Shown in pieces: positions 17,552 to 23,737 of a stretch of 23,737 nt of DNA. Location: positions 1 to 23,737 of the IMG/VR virus record IMGVR_UViG_2740892036_000009. One strand, 5' to 3'. A program made the translations under genes and the position numbers. The DNA is from a virus (Duplodnaviria > Heunggongvirae > Uroviricota > Caudoviricetes). The notes beneath the pieces were generated by a model that saw nothing but the letters and a program-made list of their open reading frames with translations, had not been told where the DNA came from and did no database searches. How positions within the stretch are numbered: position 1 is the first letter of the stretch; every line of letters begins with the position of its first letter.

Positions 17552-17977
17552 ATGAAGAAATTATCCCTTTCACTGATGCTGAACGTGTCGCTGGCGCTGA
17601 TGCTGGCACTGTCCCTGATTTACCCGCAGAGCGTGGCCGTCAATTTTGTCGCCGCCTGGGCGATTCTGGTGACGGTTATCTGTGTGGTTGCCGGTGGTGT
17701 CGGCGTGTATGCCACTGAGTATGTGCTGGAACGCTACGGGCGGGAGCTGCCGCCGGAATCGCTGGCCGTGAAGATTGTCACGGCGCTGTTTTTGCAGCCG
17801 GTGCCGTGGCGCAGGCGGTCAGTGGCTCTGGTAGTGATGGTGGCGACGTTTATCTCGCTGGTCGCTGCCGGGTGGATTTTTACTGCGCTGATTTATCTTG
17901 TGGCGTCGCTGTTTTTCCGGCTGATACGTACGGCCTGCCGTCAGCGTTTTGAGGGGCGGGAACCATGTCAAAGCTGA
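17552..17977 (+). CDS. lysA: lysis timing membrane protein LysA, 141 aa
   Basis: Multi-TM hydrophobic protein after K; GGAG SD. Confidence 0.65.
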   Translation: MKKLSLSLMLNVSLALMLALSLIYPQSVAVNFVAAWAILVTVICVVAGGVGVYATEYVLERYGRELPPESLAVKIVTALFLQPVPWRRRSVALVVMVATFISLVAAGWIFTALIYLVASLFFRLIRTACRQRFEGREPCQS

Positions 17978-18390
17978 TGACTGTGCTGGTTGTGTTGTTA
18001 TCACTGGCGGTGGCCGGTCTGTTTCTGGTGAAACATAAAAATGCCAGCCTGCGCGCCTCGCTGGACAGGGCGAACAACGTCGCCAGTGAACAGCAGACGA
18101 CCATCACCATGCTGAAAAATCAGCTTCATGTTGCGCTCACCAGGGCAGACAAAAACGAGCTGGCGCAGGTGGCACTGCGTCAGGAACTGGAGAACGCCGC
18201 GAAGCGTGAGGCTCAGCGCGAGAAAACCATCACGAGGTTACTGAATGAAAACGAAGATTTTCGCCGCTGGTACGGTGCTGACCTGCCTGATGCTGTGCGC
18301 CGGTTGCACCAGCGCCACGCCTGCACCGACGCCAGTGATTGTCCCCAACGCCTGCCCGAAAGTGAGCCTTTGCCCGATGCCGGGCAGTGA
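17965..18390 (+). CDS. lysB: spanin inner-membrane subunit LysB (Rz-like), 141 aa
   Basis: N-terminal TM helix followed by charged coiled-coil-like region; conserved position. Confidence 0.65.
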   Translation: MSKLMTVLVVLLSLAVAGLFLVKHKNASLRASLDRANNVASEQQTTITMLKNQLHVALTRADKNELAQVALRQELENAAKREAQREKTITRLLNENEDFRRWYGADLPDAVRRLHQRHACTDASDCPQRLPESEPLPDAGQ

Positions 18391-18535
18391 CCCGCAGACG
18401 AACGGCGATTTAAGTGCCGATATCCGGCAGCTTGAGAACGCGCTGGCACGTTGTGCCAGCCAGGTAAAAATGATTAAACACTGTCAGGAAGAAAACGATG
18501 CTCAAACCCGACAGCCTGCGCAGGGCGCTGACTGA
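18245..18535 (+). CDS. lysC: spanin outer-membrane lipoprotein LysC (Rz1-like), 96 aa, embedded out of frame in lysB and overlapping R
   Basis: Lipobox LCAGC after a signal-peptide-like N-terminus; proline-rich; starts inside lysB in another frame. Confidence 0.55.
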   Translation: MKTKIFAAGTVLTCLMLCAGCTSATPAPTPVIVPNACPKVSLCPMPGSDPQTNGDLSADIRQLENALARCASQVKMIKHCQEENDAQTRQPAQGAD

Positions 18536-18965
18536 TGCCGTCACGGTGCTGAAAACTAACCCCGAGATGCTGCGGATATTCGTGGATAACGGGAGTATTG
18601 CCTCCACACTGGCGGCGTCGCTGTCATTCGAAAAGCGTTACACGCTCAATGTGATTGTGACCGACTTTACCGGTGATTTTGACCTGCTCATCGTGCCGGT
18701 GCTGGCGTGGCTGCGGGAAAATCAGCCCGACATCATGACCACCGACGAAGGCCAGAAAAAGGGCTTCACATTTTATGCAGACATCAACAATGACAGCAGC
18801 TTTGATATCAGCATCAGCCTGATGCTGACCGAGCGCACGCTGGTCAGTGAGGTTGACGGTGCGCTGCATGTGAAGAATATCCCGGAACCTCCGCCGCCGG
18901 AGCCGGTCACCCGCCCGGTGGAGCTTTATATCAATGGCGAACTGGTGAGCAAGTGGGATGAATGA
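18498..18965 (+). CDS. R: tail completion protein R, 155 aa
   Basis: P2 gpR-like by position and sequence as recalled. Confidence 0.8.
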   Translation: MLKPDSLRRALTDAVTVLKTNPEMLRIFVDNGSIASTLAASLSFEKRYTLNVIVTDFTGDFDLLIVPVLAWLRENQPDIMTTDEGQKKGFTFYADINNDSSFDISISLMLTERTLVSEVDGALHVKNIPEPPPPEPVTRPVELYINGELVSKWDE

Positions 18966-19416
18966 GTTTAAGCGTTTTGAAGACCGGATGACCGGACTGA
19001 TTGAGTCGCTGTCACCGTCAGGGCGTCGGCGACTGGCGGTAGATATTGCGAAGAAACTGCGCCAGCGCCAGCAGCAGCGAATTAAATTACAAAAAGGCCC
19101 AGATGGTACGCCGTATGTACCGAGAAAAAACCAGCCAGTGCGAAATAAGAAAGGCCGGATAAAGCGGGAAATGTTTGTGAAATTACGCACTAACCGGTTT
19201 ATGAAAGCAACAGGTAGCGAGAGTGCGGCGGTGGTGGAGTTTGCCAGCGGAGTGCAACGAATTGCGCGAGTACATCAATTAGGGCTTAAGGATAAGCCGG
19301 GGCGTAATAGTGCTGTGGTGGAATATCCTGTTCGTGAGTTATTTGGTTTTGACAAGGAATCTATACAATTGATAGAAAGGGAGTTATTAGTGATTCTATC
19401 GAAAGATGTTATATGA
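18958..19416 (+). CDS. S: tail completion protein S, 152 aa; 3' ~100 nt are AT-rich and look replaced
   Basis: P2 gpS-like N-terminal 115 aa; ATG overlaps R stop; C-terminal codons share the low GC of the downstream cargo. Confidence 0.75.
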   Translation: MNEFKRFEDRMTGLIESLSPSGRRRLAVDIAKKLRQRQQQRIKLQKGPDGTPYVPRKNQPVRNKKGRIKREMFVKLRTNRFMKATGSESAAVVEFASGVQRIARVHQLGLKDKPGRNSAVVEYPVRELFGFDKESIQLIERELLVILSKDVI

Positions 19417-20168
19417 GACGGGTGTTTATGGATGAAAAGTTTTCTATTTTGAGAAAAAGAGTAAAGCACTCTCAAAAGAAAGTTATGGATTGTATTATTG
19501 TTGACCATAATGCTGATATATGTGTGTTATGCGGGAGTTCTGACGATATTACTCGTGAGCACATTATTCCTCAGTGGGCCTTTGAGTCAAATACTGAAAA
19601 ATCTTTAATTAATAAAAAGAATAATCAGTCAACTCATTACATTAAAGCCACTGTACCAGCATGCAGAGTGTGCAATTCTGATTTGCTGGGAGTGTTTGAG
19701 TATAACCTGAAGAAATTTCTTACGGAAAAGAGGGGAGAGGAGTTAACAGATTATGAGTATGATTGCATCATATGGTGGTTGCAATACATGGGTTTTAAGT
19801 TGCAATTAATGGATTTGCGGAACCGCTTTCTCAGGTATAAAGGTGGTGATTATATCCCGTTCCTTGCAAACTTTCCGGTTGCAATGTTTTGGGGGAATGT
19901 CGATACGACGCCGGGGGATGTCTTCAGGATTATACGAAAATCGCGACGCAATCTGATGTCGAAATGGAAGGATAAAAAACATAATTCTTTGATGGTTTTT
20001 GAAACATCAAACAAGAGTTTTCATTTCTTTCATAAGGTTGATGAATTTATTTTTATTGAAATGCCTCAGGTTAAGAAGGCGTTTTTCTTCTTTTTTAATA
20101 AAGAATTTGACAGCCATGATTTAGCTCATGAGGAGTGTATGAAGATTATAGAGAAGTGCTACAACTAA
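19413..20168 (+). CDS. HNH-nuclease-motif protein, 251 aa, AT-rich cargo between S and V (alternative start ATG 19428)
   Basis: CVLCG-x7-EHIIPQ ... CRVCNSDL = CxxC ... H ... CxxC(N) HNH-type signature in the N-terminal third; low GC; sits at the variable S-V junction (orf30 position in P2). Confidence 0.55.
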   Translation: MRRVFMDEKFSILRKRVKHSQKKVMDCIIVDHNADICVLCGSSDDITREHIIPQWAFESNTEKSLINKKNNQSTHYIKATVPACRVCNSDLLGVFEYNLKKFLTEKRGEELTDYEYDCIIWWLQYMGFKLQLMDLRNRFLRYKGGDYIPFLANFPVAMFWGNVDTTPGDVFRIIRKSRRNLMSKWKDKKHNSLMVFETSNKSFHFFHKVDEFIFIEMPQVKKAFFFFFNKEFDSHDLAHEECMKIIEKCYN

Positions 20169-20245
20169 TATTTATTATGTTGTGTCACAGCTGACAGAAT
20201 CCTCCATGATTGCTGCTGGTATCGTCCAGCGGCATCCTTCCCGTT
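20169..20245 (+). promoter_or_regulatory. candidate late promoter PV region with decamer TGTTGTGTCA (20178-20187) and CAGCTG-centred partial dyad
   Basis: Same decamer as in the P/O intergenic region; P2 has an Ogr-activated late promoter upstream of V; exact TGT-N12-ACA spacing not found. Confidence 0.3.
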
Positions 20246-20881
20246 ATGAACACTCTCGCAAATATTCAGGAACTCGCGCGCGCACTGCGCAACATGATTC
20301 GTACCGGCCTTGTCGTCGAAACCAACCTTAAAGCCGGTCGCTGCCGTGTGCAGACCGGCGGCATGTGCACCGACTGGCTTCAGTGGCTGACCCATCGCGC
20401 CGGACGTTCGTGCACATGGTGGGCACCTTCCGTGGGGGAGCAGGTGCTGATTCTGGCCGTGGGCGGTGAACTTGACACGGCGTTTGTTCTGCCGGGGATT
20501 TATTCCGGCGATAACCCTCCGCCGTCTGCGTCGGCGGATGCCCTGCATATCCGTTTCCCTGACGGGGCGGTGATTGAGTATGAACCCGAAACCAGTGCAC
20601 TTACGGTAAGCGGAATTAAAACGGCCAGCGTGACGGCTTCTGATTCTGTTACCGCCACGGTGCCGGTGGTCATGGTGAAAGCATCAACCCGCGTCACCCT
20701 GGACACACCGGAGGTGGTCTGCACCAACAGGCTGATTACCGGCACGCTGGAAGTGCAGAAGGGCGGGACGATGCGCGGCAACATTGAACACACCGGCGGT
20801 GAACTCTCATCAAACGGTAAGGTACTTCATACCCATAAACACCCCGGCGACAGCGGCGGCACAACCGGGAGTCCTTTATGA
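20246..20881 (+). CDS. V: baseplate spike/assembly protein V, 211 aa
   Basis: MNTLANIQELARALRNMIRTGLVVE... matches P2 gpV as recalled (track start 20210 is upstream non-ATG). Confidence 0.85.
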   Translation: MNTLANIQELARALRNMIRTGLVVETNLKAGRCRVQTGGMCTDWLQWLTHRAGRSCTWWAPSVGEQVLILAVGGELDTAFVLPGIYSGDNPPPSASADALHIRFPDGAVIEYEPETSALTVSGIKTASVTASDSVTATVPVVMVKASTRVTLDTPEVVCTNRLITGTLEVQKGGTMRGNIEHTGGELSSNGKVLHTHKHPGDSGGTTGSPL

Positions 20882-21225
20882 CAGCGCGTTATCTCGGAAT
20901 GAATCGCAGTGATGGCCTGACTGTCACTGACCTTGAGCATATCAGCCAGAGTATCGGCGATATCCTGCGCACGCCGGTCGGCTCACGGGTGATGCGTCGT
21001 GATTACGGCTCGTTGCTGGCGTCAATGATTGACCAGCCGCAGACCCCGGCGCTTGAGTTGCAGATTAAGGTCGCCTGTTACATGGCGGTGCTGAAATGGG
21101 AACCCCGCGTCACCCTGTCATCCGTCACCACGGCGCGCAGTTTTGACGGGCGAATGACGGTCACGTTAACCGGCCAGCACAACGACACCGGCCAGCCACT
21201 TTCGTTAACCATCCCTGTGAGTTGA
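20878..21225 (+). CDS. W: baseplate wedge protein W, 115 aa
   Basis: P2 gpW-like; ATGA overlap with V. Confidence 0.8.
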   Translation: MTARYLGMNRSDGLTVTDLEHISQSIGDILRTPVGSRVMRRDYGSLLASMIDQPQTPALELQIKVACYMAVLKWEPRVTLSSVTTARSFDGRMTVTLTGQHNDTGQPLSLTIPVS

Positions 21226-21229
21226 AACC

Positions 21230-22138
21230 ATGCCGATTATCGACCTGAACCAGCTACCCGCACCGGATGTGGTCGAGGAGCTGGACTTTGAAACCATTCT
21301 CGCCGAACGCAAGGCGACACTGATTTCCCTTTACCCGGAAGACCAGCAGGAGGCGGTTGCCCGTACCCTGACGCTGGAATCCGAGCCTCTCGTCAAACTG
21401 CTGGAGGAAAATGCTTATCGTGAGCTTATCTGGCGTCAGCGTGTGAATGAGGCCGCACGGGCGGTAATGCTGGCCTGTGCCGCCGGTAATGACCTTGATG
21501 TGATTGGTGCCAATTACAACACCACGCGCCTGATTATCACCCCGGCAGATGATTCGACCATCCCGCCGACACCGGCAGTGATGGAATCTGACACGGATTA
21601 TCGTCTGCGTATTCAGCAGGCGTTTGAAGGTTTAAGCGTCGCCGGGTCGGTGGGGGCCTATCAGTATCATGGTCGAAGTGCCGACGGGCGTGTCGCAGAT
21701 ATCTCTGTCACCAGTCCTTCTCCGGCCTGCGTCACTATCTCTGTGCTGTCACGTGAAAATAACGGCGTCGCATCCGAAGACCTGCTGGCCGTGGTGCGTA
21801 ACGCCCTTAATGGCGAGGACGTCAGGCCGGTGGCCGACCGCGTGACCGTGCAGTCTGCCGCCATTGTTGAATATCAGATAAACGCCACGCTTTACCTTTA
21901 CCCTGGTCCCGAAAGCGAACCCATCCGCGCTGCTGCCGTGAAAAAACTGGAAGCGTATATCACGGCACAGCACCGGCTGGGGCGCGACATCCGTCTGTCT
22001 GCCATTTATGCCGCTTTGCATGTGGAGGGCGTGCAGCGTGTCGAGCTGGCCGCACCACTGGCCGACATCGTGCTCAACAGTACGCAGGCGTCTTTCTGTA
22101 CCGAATACCGCGTCGTGACCGGAGGCTCGGATGAGTGA
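21230..22138 (+). CDS. J: baseplate protein J, 302 aa
   Basis: P2 gpJ-like by sequence and position. Confidence 0.85.
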   Translation: MPIIDLNQLPAPDVVEELDFETILAERKATLISLYPEDQQEAVARTLTLESEPLVKLLEENAYRELIWRQRVNEAARAVMLACAAGNDLDVIGANYNTTRLIITPADDSTIPPTPAVMESDTDYRLRIQQAFEGLSVAGSVGAYQYHGRSADGRVADISVTSPSPACVTISVLSRENNGVASEDLLAVVRNALNGEDVRPVADRVTVQSAAIVEYQINATLYLYPGPESEPIRAAAVKKLEAYITAQHRLGRDIRLSAIYAALHVEGVQRVELAAPLADIVLNSTQASFCTEYRVVTGGSDE

Positions 22139-22742
22139 TTCGCGCCTGCTGCCGACCGGCTCATCACCGCTTGAAATTGCTGCCGCGAAAGCCTGTGCGG
22201 AAATTGAAAAAACGCCGGTCAGTATTCGTGAGCTGTGGAACCCGGACACCTGCCCGGCAAATCTGCTGCCGTGGCTGGCGTGGGCCTTTTCGGTCGACAG
22301 GTGGGATGAAAAGTGGCCGGAAGCGACAAAACGCGCCGTTATCCGCGATGCCTATTTCATCCACTGTCATAAGGGTACTGTCGGCGCAATCCGGCGTGTT
22401 GTGGAGCCGCTCGGCTATCTGATTGAAGTGAGGGAGTGGTGGCAGCTCAACGAGGAGCCGGGGACGTTCCGTATCGTTGTTGGCGTGCTTGAGCAGGGTA
22501 TTACCGAAGAAATGTATCTGGAGCTGGAACGTCTCGTTGCTGATGCAAAACCGGCGAGCCGCCATCTGACGGGACTGGCTATCAGTTTAAGTACAACCGG
22601 CAACATTTTTGCCGGAACGGGATGCTATCACGGTGACGCCCTGACGGTTTATCCCTACACCCCGGAGGCCATTATTGTCGGAGGGGATTATTTCCCGGCC
22701 TCGGTCATTCATTTAATTGATAACCTGAGAGTAAACGCATGA
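22131..22742 (+). CDS. I: baseplate/tail protein I, 203 aa
   Basis: Conserved position J-I-H; overlaps J stop. Confidence 0.8.
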   Translation: MSDSRLLPTGSSPLEIAAAKACAEIEKTPVSIRELWNPDTCPANLLPWLAWAFSVDRWDEKWPEATKRAVIRDAYFIHCHKGTVGAIRRVVEPLGYLIEVREWWQLNEEPGTFRIVVGVLEQGITEEMYLELERLVADAKPASRHLTGLAISLSTTGNIFAGTGCYHGDALTVYPYTPEAIIVGGDYFPASVIHLIDNLRVNA

Positions 22743-23737
22743 CAGTGAAATACTACGCCATTCTGACTAATCAGGGCGCAGCACGACTGGCTAACGCGAC
22801 GATGCTCGGCAGTAAGCTGAATCTGACGCAAATGGCCGTTGGTGATGCGAATGGTGTATTACCGACACCAGACCCGGCACAGACAAAACTGATTAACCAG
22901 AAACGCATTGCACCGCTGAATCTTCTGAGTGTTGACCCTAACAATCAGAGCCAGATTATTGCGGAGCAAATTATCCCTGAAAACGAGGGAGGATTCTGGA
23001 TCCGTGAGATTGGGCTTTATGATGATGAAGGCGTACTCATTGCGGTGGCGAACTGCCCGGAAACGTACAAACCGCAGTTGCAGGAAGGCAGTGGTCGTAC
23101 CCAGACTATCCGCATGATTCTGGTTGTCTCGAATACCGAAGCCATCACGCTGAAAATCGATCCGTCGGTGGTACTGGCGACCCGTAAATATGTGGATGAC
23201 AAAATCTCAGAACACGAACAGTCACGACGACACCCGGATGCATCGCTGACCGCAAAAGGTTTTACTCAGTTAAGCAGCGCAACCAACAGCACGTCTGAAA
23301 CACTGGCCGCAACGCCGAGAGCGGTAAAGATCGCGTATGACCTTGCTAACGGGAAATATACTGCACAGGACGCGACCACAGCGCGAAAAGGTCTTGTCCA
23401 GCTCAGTAGCGCCACCAACAGCGATTCTGAAACGCTTGCGGCAACGCCAAAGGCGGTAAAGACAGCATATGACCTTGCTAACGGGAAATATACCGCACAG
23501 GACGCGACCACAGCGCGAAAAGGTCTTGTCCAGCTCAGTAGCGCCACCAACAGCGATTCTGAAACGCTTGCGGCAACGCCAAAGGCGGTAAAGACAGCAT
23601 ATGACCTTGCTAACGGGAAATATACCGCACAGGACGCGACCACAGCGCGAAAAGGCCTTGTCCAGCTCAGCAGCGCCACTAACAGCACGTCAGAAACGCA
23701 GGCTGCCACACCAAAAGCCGTGAAGGCTGTATATGAC
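22739..23737 (+). CDS. H: tail fibre protein H, N-terminal 333 codons (runs off the 3' end of the window)
   Basis: MTVKYYAILTNQGAARLANATMLGSKLNLTQMAVGDANG... P2 gpH-like N-terminus; ATG overlaps I stop (ATGA); open to window end; not in the ORF track because no stop is reached. Confidence 0.8.
   Translation, partial: MTVKYYAILTNQGAARLANATMLGSKLNLTQMAVGDANGVLPTPDPAQTKLINQKRIAPLNLLSVDPNNQSQIIAEQIIPENEGGFWIREIGLYDDEGVLIAVANCPETYKPQLQEGSGRTQTIRMILVVSNTEAITLKIDPSVVLATRKYVDDKISEHEQSRRHPDASLTAKGFTQLSSATNSTSETLAATPRAVKIAYDLANGKYTAQDATTARKGLVQLSSATNSDSETLAATPKAVKTAYDLANGKYTAQDATTARKGLVQLSSATNSDSETLAATPKAVKTAYDLANGKYTAQDATTARKGLVQLSSATNSTSETQAATPKAVKAVYD
23267..23737 (+). repeat. in-frame 132-bp (44-aa) tandem repeats within H (unit ~LSSATNSDSETLAATPKAVKTAYDLANGKYTAQDATTARKGLVQ), at least 3.5 copies, copies 2 and 3 identical
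   Basis: Identical 132-bp units at 23399-23530 and 23531-23662, diverged flanking copies at 23267 and 23663; resembles the phage tail-fibre repeat family. Confidence 0.75.

Larger units (their letters stand above)
1..23737. mobile_element. P2-like prophage (integrase end through partial tail-fibre gene H); attL lies left of the window, the rest of the tail/ogr lies right of it
   Basis: Conserved P2 gene order int-C-cox-B-A ... cos ... Q-P-O-N-M-L-X-Y-K-lysA-lysB-R-S-V-W-J-I-H with P2-like translated proteins; cos 19-mer present internally. Confidence 0.85.

Noticed and set aside
20165-20793. Minus-strand ORFs (127, 90, 97 aa) overlapping V
   Set aside because: Antisense to the well-supported V gene; GC-rich spurious frames.
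23266-23709. 147-aa minus-strand ORF with internal repeats
   Set aside because: Antisense artefact of the in-frame 132-bp repeats of tail-fibre gene H on the plus strand; H continues in frame from 22739 to the window end.
23267-23737. Regular repeats that could be mistaken for a CRISPR array
   Set aside because: Unit is 132 bp with no repeat-spacer alternation, and it is in frame within a tail-fibre coding sequence.

Overview
The window is a near-complete P2-like (Peduovirus-type) temperate prophage of an enterobacterial host, read from the integrase end to the N-terminal third of the tail-fibre gene H. Gene order is int, C, cox, B, small early ORFs, A, [cargo], cos, [cargo], Q, P, O, N, M, L, X, Y, K, lysA, lysB/lysC, R, S, [cargo], V, W, J, I, H'. 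The backbone genes are recognised from their translated proteins and conserved P2 synteny; all similarity statements are from memory of the P2 family, since no database search was possible. Three visibly AT-rich cargo insertions interrupt the backbone. (1) Between replication gene A and cos, on the minus strand, is a reverse-transcriptase gene with clear RT motifs, at the position where P2 carries tin/old. (2) Directly on the other side of cos, between cos and the 3' end of portal gene Q, is a two-gene operon encoding a 360-aa protein and a 229-aa protein with two N-terminal transmembrane helices. I could not assign either to any family, and this is my best candidate for an undescribed anti-phage system. 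(3) Between tail genes S and V is a 251-aa protein with an HNH-nuclease-like motif. Other points: a recognisable cos cohesive-end 19-mer inside the window, an embedded lysC within lysB, 132-bp tandem repeats in H, and a hairpin overlapping the RT stop codon. GC estimates are by eye, not computed.
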